In this document: positions 29,777 through 39,649 of the stretch, one piece after another | Position numbering within the stretch: the stretch's first letter is position 1 | How the letters are laid out: each line of letters opens with the position of its first letter | From: Bacillota bacterium | Lineage (GTDB): Bacteria > Bacillota > Bacilli > Alicyclobacillales > SLC66 | NCBI GenBank assembly: GCA_021846165.1 | Contig: JAJZCL010000001.1 | Span: 1 to 52,123 of the forward strand | DNA length: 52,123 bases | Direction: 5' to 3' | The notes under the pieces: generated by a model | The model's database searches: none | Seen by the model: only the letters and a program-made list of their open reading frames with translations | What the model was told of the DNA's origin: nothing | Made by a program: the position numbers and the translations under genes

Positions 29777-32281
29777 GTGATGTTCATGGTGCGTCAAAAC
29801 GGAACACAACCGAGGAGAATCATCCTTAAGGATGGTCGTGTCGCTGAACTGCGTCTGGCGAAGAATGATGAATGCGACCGTGAATTAATTCACGACCTCG
29901 GTCAGCGCGTTTCCAAAGAAAGCTTATACTTGCGATTCATGCACATGATCCATGAATTCAGCAGTTCCCTAATTACCGACATGATCGGCGACGGCGGACC
30001 GAATGGCGCGGCTCTGATGTGCATGTCGGGCAATCAGTTGATCGCCGTCGGCAATTACGTTCGCATCAACGACACCACGGCGGAAGTCGCTTTTTTGGTG
30101 GATGATAGAATCCAAAAAAAAGGCCTCGGCACTTTGCTGTTGGAGTATTTGGCGGAAGTGGCGTGGAATCACGGCATCGTCCGCTTTGAGGCGGACGTCC
30201 TTCGGGATAATTACCAAATGCTGGGAGTCTTTCGCGCCAGCGGGTATGAACTCGTCAGCGAATACGATTCTGACACCCTCCATTTATACCTGTCCCTCAG
30301 CCACACGGACAGCTTCCGCACGCTGCGCGAATCACGGGAGAAGAAGGCGACCGTCGCTTCGCTGCGCGCTTTTTTTGAACCAAAAACGATCGCGGTGATC
30401 GGTGCTTCGCGAGACACGCGCAGTTTGGGTCACTTATTATTGAAAAACCTAGTGCAAAGCGAGTTTTCCGGCACTGTGTACCCCGTCAACCCTACAGCGT
30501 TGTCAGTATCAGCGGTAAAAGCGTACCCCAACATACAATCTGTTCCTGAAACGATCGATCTGGCGATTGTCATGGTTCCCATGACGCAGGTATTGACCAT
30601 TGTCGACCACTGCATTGAGGCGGGCGTCAGCGCCGTCATGATCATCACTGCCGGATTTTCGGATGCGACACCGGAAGGCCTCGAACTTGAACTGGCGGTA
30701 CTTGGCAAACTTCGGGGGGCTGGACGACGGTTGATCGGCCCGAACAGCCTTGGCATGCTCAACACGCAGGCTGACATCCACTTTAACGCTAGCCTTGCAC
30801 CGATCATGCCTTCTGCTGGCGGCATCGCGATTGCCAGCCACTCTGGAGCGCTTGGCATTGCGGTGATCGACTATGCGACCCGCATCGGAGTCGGTGTGTC
30901 TAGTTTTGTCAGCCTGGGCAACCGTGCCGATGTGTCGAGCAATGATTTGCTCCAGTACTGGGAAGACGACGCCAATACCAAGATCATCGTGCTGTACCTC
31001 GAATCCTTCGGAAACCCTCGCAAATTTTGGCGCATCACGCGCAGAATCGGCCACAACAAGCCCATCATCGCCGTCAAAAGCGCGCGTACGCCTAGCGCTC
31101 TGGAGATTTCGAAAACGCGCATGAACACGCTGGCGGCACGCGATGTGGCGGTTGACGCACTGTTCCGCCAAGCAGGCATCATTCGCGTAAACACACTTCA
31201 AGAGCTGTTTGACGTCGCGGCGTTGCTGTCATTTGTGCCACTGCCGCGCGGTCGTAAAGTCGCGGTCGTGACCAATACGGCGGGTGGCGCCGTCATTACG
31301 GTTGACACGATTGTCAGGGAAGGGCTGGAGTTTATCGGTCCCGTCATCAACCTGGGCTTTGAGGCCTTGACAGAGAGTTACCGGGACGTGTTACCACTGG
31401 TGCTGCGCGATCCCACGATCGACGCCTTGGTCGTCATCTTTACGCCTGTTGGGTTTATTGACGAAGACGAGGTCATCAAAGCCATTGCTTCCGCCATCGA
31501 AGAGGTGGTGTTGGACGCTGAACTGGACGAGAACGGGCATCCGATCCTCAAACCAGTGGTGGCCAACTTTCTCTGGAAAGGCGATTTTCTGGTCGATTAC
31601 ATCCAAGCTGGTCCACAGCGCATTCCTGTGTACCCTTTTCCTGAACACGCCATTCGCGCATTGTCGAAAGTAGCGACATATGCGGAGTTCAGGGATAAGG
31701 AACAAGGTGTCGCCCCCATTTTCGAAGATGTGGATCTTGAATCCATTCGCTCTTACGTTCGTCAATTTGCCGTGAAAGGCGATACGCACTTGACTTCGAG
31801 CGCTTCGCTTGAGTTGTTGCGCATACTCGGAGTCACATTTGCCGCTGATACGGTGACCCGCATTGCCGATTCGGGCGCCGCTTCTGAAAGGAAGCCACTG
31901 TACTCTCGCGAGATCGCCATCGACATCACCTACGACAACTTGTTCGGTCCGATCATGCACCTGCGTGTTTACCACAACATCCACAACGCAGATCGCATCA
32001 CATACACCATCCCCAAAGTCAAAGAAGCGAGCCGCATTATGCCGCTCACAGATCTTGATGCGCGAGAACTGATTAATACAACTTATTACTTAGCAAAAAC
32101 GTCTGCCGAGGAAAGGCTTCAAGAAACGGAAAGCATCATTCTGGCTGGATTTATCTTGCGCCTATCCATCTTGATTGACGCCGTGCCGGAAATTCATCGG
32201 ATTCGCATCGACAAATTAGAAATTCTACAGAGCGGGATCTTGCTAGACCAAATGCGCGTTCGCCTTAATCCTACAGAATAA
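29777..32281 (+). CDS. Pat-type protein lysine acyltransferase: N-terminal GNAT fused to an NDP-forming acyl-CoA synthetase-like domain
   Basis: AEVAFLVDDRIQKKGLGTLL (GNAT motif A); IAVIGAS, IGPNSLG, SLGNRAD, YLESFGNPRKF; degenerate ATP-grasp C-terminus. Confidence 0.88.
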   Translation: MMFMVRQNGTQPRRIILKDGRVAELRLAKNDECDRELIHDLGQRVSKESLYLRFMHMIHEFSSSLITDMIGDGGPNGAALMCMSGNQLIAVGNYVRINDTTAEVAFLVDDRIQKKGLGTLLLEYLAEVAWNHGIVRFEADVLRDNYQMLGVFRASGYELVSEYDSDTLHLYLSLSHTDSFRTLRESREKKATVASLRAFFEPKTIAVIGASRDTRSLGHLLLKNLVQSEFSGTVYPVNPTALSVSAVKAYPNIQSVPETIDLAIVMVPMTQVLTIVDHCIEAGVSAVMIITAGFSDATPEGLELELAVLGKLRGAGRRLIGPNSLGMLNTQADIHFNASLAPIMPSAGGIAIASHSGALGIAVIDYATRIGVGVSSFVSLGNRADVSSNDLLQYWEDDANTKIIVLYLESFGNPRKFWRITRRIGHNKPIIAVKSARTPSALEISKTRMNTLAARDVAVDALFRQAGIIRVNTLQELFDVAALLSFVPLPRGRKVAVVTNTAGGAVITVDTIVREGLEFIGPVINLGFEALTESYRDVLPLVLRDPTIDALVVIFTPVGFIDEDEVIKAIASAIEEVVLDAELDENGHPILKPVVANFLWKGDFLVDYIQAGPQRIPVYPFPEHAIRALSKVATYAEFRDKEQGVAPIFEDVDLESIRSYVRQFAVKGDTHLTSSASLELLRILGVTFAADTVTRIADSGAASERKPLYSREIAIDITYDNLFGPIMHLRVYHNIHNADRITYTIPKVKEASRIMPLTDLDARELINTTYYLAKTSAEERLQETESIILAGFILRLSILIDAVPEIHRIRIDKLEILQSGILLDQMRVRLNPTE

Positions 32282-32363
32282 TGGTTTAAGGCACCGCTGA
32301 TCTGTGGTAGTGTAAAGCTATCCCATCATTATGATGATTATGAATCAAGGGAGTGCATAAAGA

Positions 32364-33188
32364 GTGGGACATGATCCGGAGTTGCATCCTACACCCCATC
32401 GTTTTCTACCCATCATTGAACCGGAAGATGCCCAGGTTCAGGAATTGAAGAACTTGCTTCATCAAAGTCACCGAACGGTCGTCATTAGCGGCGCTGGCAT
32501 GAGTACCGAATCGGGAATTCCCGATTTTCGCTCTGAAAACGGTTTCTGGGAAGAGGCAGATATCCTTTCCAAGATGTCCGATGCGCACTTAAATGCACAA
32601 CCAGAAGATTTTTGGCTGCACTTTAAACAAACGTTCATGAATCCGAGGTTCATGTCTGCAGTTCCGAATGAAGGCCATTTGGCTTTAGCGGAAGTCGCCG
32701 CCGTTGGCAAGCAGATCAAGATTTTCACGCAAAATGTCGACGGCTTACATCAAATGGCGGGGAGCATGAACGTATATGAACTGCACGGCAACATCCGCCA
32801 CGCCTTCTGCCCGAAGTGCCATACGCGTTACGGCATATCGCACATCCTCGCCGAAGATGTGCCGCACTGCAATTATTTCGATATGAAAGGGAACGAGTGC
32901 CAAGAAGCGCTTCATCCGGATGTCGTGCTTTTTGATCAGATGGTTCGCCATATGGAAGACGCATTCTACGCTGTAGTTCGCGCCGACTTGCTGTTGGTGC
33001 TAGGCACGTCGCTCCTGGTCGACCCGGTTGCCAGCTTACCCCAGTACGTGTCGGCAGAACACAAGCTGGCTATTGTCAATTTGGATGAAACCTACATCGA
33101 CAAACGCGCCGATCTCGTGATTCACGCCAGTGTCGGTCGCACCGTCAGTCGCGCAATTGAGCAACTTTTTTCGATGCCGGGGTATTGA
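32364..33188 (+). CDS. cobB: NAD-dependent protein deacylase (sirtuin)
   Basis: GAGMSTESGIPDFRS, TQNVDGLH, HG, CxxC, GTSL. Confidence 0.93.
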   Translation: MGHDPELHPTPHRFLPIIEPEDAQVQELKNLLHQSHRTVVISGAGMSTESGIPDFRSENGFWEEADILSKMSDAHLNAQPEDFWLHFKQTFMNPRFMSAVPNEGHLALAEVAAVGKQIKIFTQNVDGLHQMAGSMNVYELHGNIRHAFCPKCHTRYGISHILAEDVPHCNYFDMKGNECQEALHPDVVLFDQMVRHMEDAFYAVVRADLLLVLGTSLLVDPVASLPQYVSAEHKLAIVNLDETYIDKRADLVIHASVGRTVSRAIEQLFSMPGY

Positions 33189-33313
33189 CAATATTATATC
33201 TATCAATTATCAATGCAATCTCGTTTATGTATTTTACAAATTAAATGGATTATTTGTATAATAAAAAAACAGGGTTTCTTCACGTTGTGATTTCGTAATG
33301 AAGAAGGGAAAAT

Positions 33314-34147
33314 GTGAATAGTTTAATGATTCAAAATCAAGAAGACATGGCAACGCATCAAATTCAACTGCTCACCTTGTCCGCACCCAGAAATTCGTAC
33401 ATTTTGTTCATCGACGAAATCGGAAAGGTGGCGTTTGTACAAAAATCATCTCGCTTTCCTTTTCCGTTTGAACTCGGTCAGCACATCGACGATCCCGGCC
33501 TGAAAATTACCAACACGGCAAAAGCATGGCATAGTCGTGAGTATTTAGAGGCGGAGGGTAACCCTAAGAACTTTGGCTTTAACTATGTCACAAAGACAAT
33601 GCCTCTAAAGCATAATGACGGAACATTCGCGGGTGTGATTACCGTCATATTCCCGGGTAATAATTCGAAAATTCTGGAACAGGGGGTCAGCAACCTTTCC
33701 AATCAGGTAAGTGTCATCAATCAACTGGGTGAGGACATGCTTCGCGCGGCAACAGATAAATCTGCAAGCAATGAAGGATTGATCAAGCGAGTCATTGAGT
33801 TGCAGACTCATGCGAAAACGCTATCTGAAATCAATACGATCGTCGTGGAAGTGGCGAACCAAACCAATCTTCTAGGCATCAACGCCGCCATCGAAGCGGC
33901 CAGGGTTGGCGAAGAAGGCAAAGGGTTTTCACTGGTGGCAAACGAGATCCGCAGACTGTCGATCACCGTTAAGGAATCATCAAAACAAGTGAATGAGAAG
34001 ATCAACGAAATTTTTAATGATATCGGGATCATCCATCACTCCGTTCAAGTCAGTAGTATCGGCAACGAAGAAATGACCACACAACTGCACGAGCTTTTTG
34101 AAAGTATAGATCATGTGCATAAAACGTCCATTTCGTTGTTTAGTTAA
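33314..34147 (+). CDS. Soluble methyl-accepting chemotaxis protein (YfmS-like)
   Basis: [34 protein letters not shown] hairpin tip; no TM segment. Confidence 0.88.
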   Translation: MNSLMIQNQEDMATHQIQLLTLSAPRNSYILFIDEIGKVAFVQKSSRFPFPFELGQHIDDPGLKITNTAKAWHSREYLEAEGNPKNFGFNYVTKTMPLKHNDGTFAGVITVIFPGNNSKILEQGVSNLSNQVSVINQLGEDMLRAATDKSASNEGLIKRVIELQTHAKTLSEINTIVVEVANQTNLLGINAAIEAARVGEEGKGFSLVANEIRRLSITVKESSKQVNEKINEIFNDIGIIHHSVQVSSIGNEEMTTQLHELFESIDHVHKTSISLFS

Positions 34148-34167
34148 CATATAAAGGGGTAATTCCG

Positions 34168-35004
34168 GTGAACTTCGTTCACGAGATGACTGAAGAAGAG
34201 ATTGCCAAGGCAAGTGTAGAGTTGTTAATCAAAATGGCACCAAACGATAGTTACGTCATTTACATGGATCAAAACGGGGAGGTAAAAGGCATAAAAACAT
34301 CTCCTATTTTCCCATTCAAGATCAGTGTTGGCGACCACATCGAACAGGATCACTTAAAGAACACGAACACTGCAAAAAGCTGGCGCGATCGCAAGTATTA
34401 CGAGGCAGAGGGCAATCCCGCTTCGTTCGGATTCCCGTACTCATCAAAGTCAGTGCCCATCTTCGAAAACGGAAATTTTCACGGAATCGTTTCTGTGATT
34501 TTTCCTACCGATACCAGCGAACATCTGGAAACTGGCATTAATCAGTTGACAGATCGAGTCGGAGGCATCCGTGATATAAGCCATAAAATGCGCAACGAAG
34601 GGGAGGCGCAAACGAAGAGCGCCGAGGAAATCACCAAACGCGTGGAAGAGATGCACAAGCACACGCAGGGACTCCTTGAAATTAACTCACTAGTGACGGA
34701 AGTCGCTTCGCAAACCAATTTGCTAGGGTTGAATGCGGCCATCGAAGCGGCAAAAGCGGGGGACATGGGCAGGGGGTTTGGCGTAGTGGCCGATGAAATC
34801 CGCAGGCTTTCCTTGACCGTGACAGACTCGTCGACACGTGTCAATCATAAAATAGACGAAATCATTGAAGACATTCAATACATCGACCAAGCCATTCATC
34901 ATAACGCGAAGGACAATGAAGTGTTGTTTCAACAATTGCATCACTTGTCCAACAACATTCAACAGGTTCACGAAACTGCGCTGCAATTGGTCAAGCTGTA
35001 TTAG
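34168..35004 (+). CDS. Soluble methyl-accepting chemotaxis protein (YfmS-like)
   Basis: [34 protein letters not shown]; clear paralog of the preceding gene. Confidence 0.9.
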   Translation: MNFVHEMTEEEIAKASVELLIKMAPNDSYVIYMDQNGEVKGIKTSPIFPFKISVGDHIEQDHLKNTNTAKSWRDRKYYEAEGNPASFGFPYSSKSVPIFENGNFHGIVSVIFPTDTSEHLETGINQLTDRVGGIRDISHKMRNEGEAQTKSAEEITKRVEEMHKHTQGLLEINSLVTEVASQTNLLGLNAAIEAAKAGDMGRGFGVVADEIRRLSLTVTDSSTRVNHKIDEIIEDIQYIDQAIHHNAKDNEVLFQQLHHLSNNIQQVHETALQLVKLY

Positions 35005-35048
35005 ATTGTTTTATGATTTTAATTTTTAAAAATTGATCGGAGGGTACT

Positions 35049-35867
35049 ATGTTAAACATAAGGGATTTAATTCCTTTTTTGCCTTTCATCAAAAGTACTT
35101 ATACTGAGGATACCCATCTGATCTTATTGGATCAAAACGAAGTGATCGCCTCGCTGCCAGGCGACACCATTAATTTGGGCGTTAAGGCTGGTTTGCCTAT
35201 GGAGAAATTAAAACACACGGTGACTTATCGCACTAAAATCGAAAAACGTGTATTGCGTGATGAACGAGGGCCTGAACATTTTGGTGTTGCTTACATTGCG
35301 TCGGCGGTTCCTGTTTTCGACAACCCTCAAAACACTGGCGAACCCATTGGATACCTCACAGCCGTCACGTCGATCAAATCACTTCAGGAACTACGCGCAA
35401 ATGCTCATGAACTTGCCGCCACTGTGGAACAACTCAGCGCCACCACGGACGAGATCGCAAATGCGTCGTCAAGCATTTCACATGATGCCAGTTCGCTTGC
35501 AGACTATGTAGGCAAAATGTCCGTGAACGTTAAAAACATCAGTGAAATCGTAAAGTTTGTTCAGGAGATATCCTCGCAATCTAATTTATTAGGGTTAAAT
35601 GCGGCGATTGAAGCCGCACGAGCGGGGGAAGCGGGCCGCGGCTTCGGGGTGGTTTCGGACGAGATTCGCAAAATGGCGACGCAGAGCAAGGACTCTGCCG
35701 GAAAAATTCGTCAGATGGCGGAAGAGTTACAAAACGCCTTAAATTACCTAAATGATACCGTCAAGCGTGTGGCTGATAATCAGATGCAACACTCTGAAAG
35801 CGTGAATGAACTTCGCGCTGTGTTTGAACACATCGCGAATGTAGCGAGCAGTTTGTCACAACGTTAA
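35049..35867 (+). CDS. Soluble methyl-accepting chemotaxis protein (YfmS-like)
   Basis: [34 protein letters not shown]; sensor-domain motif [12 protein letters not shown]. Confidence 0.9.
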   Translation: MLNIRDLIPFLPFIKSTYTEDTHLILLDQNEVIASLPGDTINLGVKAGLPMEKLKHTVTYRTKIEKRVLRDERGPEHFGVAYIASAVPVFDNPQNTGEPIGYLTAVTSIKSLQELRANAHELAATVEQLSATTDEIANASSSISHDASSLADYVGKMSVNVKNISEIVKFVQEISSQSNLLGLNAAIEAARAGEAGRGFGVVSDEIRKMATQSKDSAGKIRQMAEELQNALNYLNDTVKRVADNQMQHSESVNELRAVFEHIANVASSLSQR

Positions 35868-35992
35868 TCCGACACATCTGCAGAAGTAACGAAAAGGGGT
35901 GATAATCTTGCATGGTGGATAGTGGATGGAAGATGAGCATCTAGTTTAACTTCAACATTGGTTATGTTTTAATCGGAAGGGATGATAGATTG

Positions 35993-37561
35993 ATGGATCA
36001 TTACAACTTCGGCGCCGCTGTTGAGGCGTATGCCAAAAACAACAGCGACCAGATCGCCGTATTTATGCACACTCCAAGTGGCGACTCCAGCGTAACGTAT
36101 GCTGAATTGACAACGGAAGCCGCGAAATTGCATACATCGCTCATCAACCAAGGATTGCAAGCGGGAGATCGCATACTTGTTTTGCTGACTAGGGGTATTT
36201 TGTCTTATGAGATTTACCTTGGATTGAATCGAATGGGAGCCGTCACCTTACCAGCTTCCGAATTGTTACGGGCTGGCGACATCAAGTACCGAGTTCGCCA
36301 TGCGGGTGTCAAAGCAGTGATCGTCGCGTCCAACATTGCTGATGAGGTGGAAACCGCACTCACTGAATTTCCAGATGTCAAACGCTTTGTTGTCGGTGAC
36401 GATCGCGACGGTTTTGTTAATTTGTTGGATTTGATGAAAGAGGTTGATGACAGTTCTTTGTTGCCGCCGGCAGACACCGACGCAAATGACATCGCCTATA
36501 TTTCTTATACTTCCGGAACCACTGGCGGACCAAAAGGCGTAGTGCATGTTCACGGCTGGCCCCGCGCACACTTGGCAAATGCTGCGACGTATTGGTTTGA
36601 TGTGAAGGAAAAAGAATGGGCATGGGCAACAGCGGGTCCTGGTTGGGCAAAGTGGGTTTGGAGCCCGTTCGTGTCGATTATCGGCAAGGGCGGCACCGCA
36701 TTTGTATTCACTGGACGCTTTGAACCTGAGGTATTTTTGGATATTTTATCCACTTACCCAATCGGGCTGTTTTGCTCTACGCCCACGGAGTACCGCTTAA
36801 TGGCCAAGTCGGCAAAAATCGAAAGTTGGCAGCCAAAATGTCTGCGCAGTGCTGTCAGTGCAGGCGAACCTTTGAACCGCGAAGTGATTGATGTCATTTT
36901 TAAACAGAGCAACGTGATGGTTCGCGATGGATATGGGCAAACGGAAAATTCCTTACTCGTTTCGACGCAGGTAGGCATGGAAGTCAAAAAAGGCTCAATG
37001 GGCAAACCGTCGCCAAATCACAATGTGGTGGTCATCGATGAGGACGGAAAACCACTGCCAGTGGGCAGTGTTGGTGACATCTCCGTACACCGCACCGCGC
37101 CCACTCTGTTTAGAGAATATTTGTACGACGAAGAAAGAACGGCCAAGGCATTTCGTGGCGATTATTACGTGACGGGTGATTTAGGAAGATTCGATGAAGA
37201 TGGGTATTTGTGGTTTGAGGGGCGTGCAGACGACATTATCATCAGCGCAGGGTATACCATTGGTCCCTTCGAGGTTGAGGATGCCTTGATTCGTCATCCG
37301 GCGGTAGCCGAGTGCGCAGCGGTTGCGAGTCCTGATCCAGAAAGAGGCAGTATTGTGAAGGCGTTTGTGGTGTTAAAGGCGAATGTGGAGGAATCCCCTG
37401 ACTTAGTAGTGGAGCTTCAAAACCACGTGAAAAACACGACAGCACCATATAAGTACCCACGGGAAATTGAATTTGTGAAGGATTTGCCAAAAACGACGAG
37501 CGGGAAGATCCGACGCATCGAGTTGCGCGCTCAAGAGAGAAGTCGCAAGTTGTCACAGTAA
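35993..37561 (+). CDS. AMP-forming short/medium-chain acyl-CoA synthetase (YtcI-like)
   Basis: YTSGTTGGPKG, DGYGQTE, GRADD, PKTTSGK. Confidence 0.92.
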   Translation: MDHYNFGAAVEAYAKNNSDQIAVFMHTPSGDSSVTYAELTTEAAKLHTSLINQGLQAGDRILVLLTRGILSYEIYLGLNRMGAVTLPASELLRAGDIKYRVRHAGVKAVIVASNIADEVETALTEFPDVKRFVVGDDRDGFVNLLDLMKEVDDSSLLPPADTDANDIAYISYTSGTTGGPKGVVHVHGWPRAHLANAATYWFDVKEKEWAWATAGPGWAKWVWSPFVSIIGKGGTAFVFTGRFEPEVFLDILSTYPIGLFCSTPTEYRLMAKSAKIESWQPKCLRSAVSAGEPLNREVIDVIFKQSNVMVRDGYGQTENSLLVSTQVGMEVKKGSMGKPSPNHNVVVIDEDGKPLPVGSVGDISVHRTAPTLFREYLYDEERTAKAFRGDYYVTGDLGRFDEDGYLWFEGRADDIIISAGYTIGPFEVEDALIRHPAVAECAAVASPDPERGSIVKAFVVLKANVEESPDLVVELQNHVKNTTAPYKYPREIEFVKDLPKTTSGKIRRIELRAQERSRKLSQ

Positions 37562-37593
37562 TTACATGCACAATCTCATCTGCCTTGTGTATC

Positions 37594-37631
37594 GAAACCG
37601 CCCCCATCTAGTTTGAGTGTCGGGCGGTTTC
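37594..37631 (+). terminator. Hairpin after the acyl-CoA synthetase gene
   Basis: gaaaccgccc...gggcggtttc inverted repeat. Confidence 0.55.
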
Positions 37632-37670
37632 ACCCCACAGGGAAGCCCGATTGACTCCAAGTCGCAACGC

Positions 37671-37699
37671 TTGCATCACACATTATAATGCCATATAAT
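37671..37699 (+). promoter_or_regulatory. SigA promoter of tRNA-Arg
   Basis: TTGCAT-17 nt-TATAAT followed by a GC-rich discriminator. Confidence 0.75.
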
Positions 37700-37707
37700 A
37701 TCTGCGC

Positions 37708-37783
37708 GCACCCGTAGCTCAGGTGGATAGAGCGGTGGTTTCCTAAACCGCGTCTTGCGGGGGTTCGAGTCCCTCCGGGTGCA
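37708..37783 (+). tRNA. tRNA-Arg (anticodon CCT), CCA not encoded
   Basis: GCACCCG/CGGGTGC acceptor stem, anticodon loop TTCCTAA, GGTTCGAGTCC T-arm. Confidence 0.95.
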
Positions 37784-37801
37784 TTAAAAAATGTTGAAAT
37801 G

Positions 37802-37841
37802 GCGCGGGTTTTCACGATAATGAAGACCCGCGTTTTGTATT
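37802..37841 (+). terminator. Hairpin/terminator downstream of tRNA-Arg
   Basis: gcgcgggttttca-cgataa-tgaagacccgcgt followed by TTTGTATTT. Confidence 0.65.
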
Positions 37842-37866
37842 TCGTGAATGATTGTTACTGACGTTC

Positions 37867-38102
37867 TTAATTGCCTGTAAACTGACGACGTTTATTGTCC
37901 AAATCTTGATAAATATCGTGTCCGACGCTAACCAGTCAAAGTGAACGTCATCCACGATCAGGACGAGTTGGATATGATGAATCGCGCACATCCGTTCGAG
38001 AGGTATCCAGCGTAGTCTGAAATCGGCGAATGGTCGTCGTTTTGCGAGTGCCGCAATCTTTAACATGGTTCGTGCAATGATCTTTCGAAATTGATGAGTC
38101 AT
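37867..38102 (-). pseudogene. Possible frameshifted RelE/YafQ-like toxin remnant
   Basis: Fragments in different frames: MTHQFRK..., HHIQLVLIVDD..., LVSVGHDIYQDL; weak resemblance only. Confidence 0.25.
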
Positions 38103-38116
38103 TTATCAAGTACGTT

Positions 38117-38730
38117 GTAAAACCCCGCACTTCAGTACTGTGGATATACCCCTACGGGGCACAAAGTAAGACGCTCGCCGTTAGGCGAATCTTTTCTTTT
38201 TACATCCAATATGGTACAAGGTAGCTATGAAAACTTCCAAAGCGTATCGGTTTCGCTTCTACCCGACAGAAGAACAAGCGCAATGACTCTCCCGAATCTT
38301 CGGGGTTGTTCGCTATGTCTACAATTAGGCGTTAAAGCGAAAACGGACGCCTATTACAACTAAGGCCAACGGCTCTATTACAAAGAACTGTCAGCAAAGC
38401 TGACGATACTGAAACAACATCCAGAAACCGTATGGCTGAATGAAGTTTTGAGTGTGGCTTTGCAACAAGAATCGCGACAAAGCCAGAATCAAAGTTGAGA
38501 TGATTCATGCCAAGATTGCCGACCGCCGGCAAGACTCCTTGCACAAACTCACGACACAACTGATCCGCCAGAACCAAGTGATCAGTTTAGAGAGTTTGTA
38601 GGTCAAGAACATGATTCAAAACCACCACTTAGCCAAGTCCATTGCCGATGTAGGCTGGGGCGAACTTGTTAGACAACTCAAATAGAAAGCAGCTAGGTAT
38701 GGGAGAACGGTTGTGAAGATCGACAAGTTG
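38117..38730 (+). mobile_element. tnpB: Degenerate IS200/IS605-family element: end hairpin plus tnpB pseudogene (from 38227)
   Basis: gtaaaaccccgcacttcag... end motif; MKTSKAYRFRFYPTEEQ, HAKIADRRQDSLHKLTT, NHHLAKSIADVGWGELVRQL with several in-frame stops, an internal deletion and no zinc-finger/RuvC-III tail. Confidence 0.88.
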
Positions 38731-38742
38731 ATGGTGATTTAG

Positions 38743-39276
38743 TTAGACATTATGATTTTCACCCTCGTTCTCAGTATCTTCCATTGCAACAGCCGTTTCT
38801 TTTTCAATTTGAATTTGTATATATTCATCATGCTTCGATTCTAATAATTTGAAATCACAGCATAAATACGCCAGTGGGTGTTTACGATTAGAACCTATTT
38901 TGTATACTTCATTTGCTTTTTTGTGAATATCCGATAGGTGTTGATTGCAGAATTTAAGTTCTGAGCGAAGTAAATTGCGATATGATGGAGCTTCCAAGCT
39001 AAAATCTTTCATACGCAAGACTTCATCGAAGGCTGGGAACATGAACGAAAAGCGAATAGAACTGATGGATCTACTCTTGTCTTTAATAATCAGGTTTGTT
39101 CTTTGTGGCGTATGAAAGGAGGAGATGGGTGCGAAATATTGATAGGAGTCGATCATCAATACGACACCGCAGACAAATTTATTATTTGTAGTGTAGCTCA
39201 TTTCTGGAACGTGATTATCAAATTGTTTTAAATATTGAATGTAGTCGTGATCTACTTCATATAATTTAAGCTTCAT
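38743..39276 (-). CDS. toxN: Type III toxin-antitoxin endoribonuclease, ToxN/AbiQ family (177 aa)
   Basis: LYEVDHDYIQYLKQFDNHVP, FVCGVVL, YFAPISS, IRFSFMFP, CCDFKLLE; GAGGTG RBS; preceded by repeats and a terminator; AT-rich. Confidence 0.9.
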   Translation of the reverse strand: MKLKLYEVDHDYIQYLKQFDNHVPEMSYTTNNKFVCGVVLMIDSYQYFAPISSFHTPQRTNLIIKDKSRSISSIRFSFMFPAFDEVLRMKDFSLEAPSYRNLLRSELKFCNQHLSDIHKKANEVYKIGSNRKHPLAYLCCDFKLLESKHDEYIQIQIEKETAVAMEDTENEGENHNV

Positions 39277-39320
39277 ATAAAAAGGCACCTCAATATGATC
39301 CGCAACAATTCCTTCAATAT

Positions 39321-39349
39321 AAAAAGGGTTAGAGCATTGCCCCAACCCT
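39321..39349 (-). terminator. Terminator between toxI and toxN
   Basis: Minus strand AGGGTTGGGGC-AAT-GCTCTAACCCT-TTTT. Confidence 0.85.
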
Positions 39350-39516
39350 GCATTAAGCTTCGCACTTTGGAAAGGTAGCGAAACACCCTGCATTAAGCTT
39401 CGCACTTTGGAAAGGTAGCGAAACACCCTGCATTAAGCTTCGCATTTTGGAAAGGTAGCGAAACACCCTGCATTAAGCTTCGCATTTTGGAAAGGCAGCG
39501 AAACACCCTGCATTAA
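39345..39516 (-). ncRNA. toxI: ToxI antitoxin array: 4.3 tandem 40-nt repeats
   Basis: Units at 39345, 39385, 39425, 39465 plus a 12-nt partial; transcribed unit AUGCAGGGUGUUUCGCUACCUUUCCAAAGUGCGAAGCUUA can form an H-type pseudoknot (AGGGU/ACCUU and UUCGC/GCGAA). Confidence 0.9.
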
Positions 39517-39543
39517 AACGCTCAGTGATGCTTTTATCTTCAT

Positions 39544-39572
39544 ATTGTAATGAAAAGACGACGATTTGTCAA
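39544..39572 (-). promoter_or_regulatory. SigA promoter of toxIN
   Basis: TTGACA-17 nt-TACAAT about 28 nt upstream of the first repeat. Confidence 0.85.
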
Positions 39573-39610
39573 TGTGGCCGAGGAAACAACGTTTAAAGTT
39601 AACCCTGCCT

Positions 39611-39649
39611 GTACTTACCCTTGGTACTTACCCTTGGTATTTACCCTCG
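39611..39649. repeat. Three tandem 13-nt direct repeats
   Basis: gtacttacccttg / gtacttacccttg / gtatttaccctcg. Confidence 0.85.

Noticed and set aside
38227..38730. Active TnpB RNA-guided nuclease
   Set aside because: Several stop codons, an internal deletion, and no C-terminus or right end.
39277..39426. N-terminal extension of the 227-aa ORF in the ORF track
   Set aside because: It runs through the repeats and terminator; the RBS and family similarity begin at ATG 39276.
39345..39516. CRISPR array
   Set aside because: The units are head-to-tail and near-identical with no unique spacers, and no cas genes are present; the layout fits toxI.
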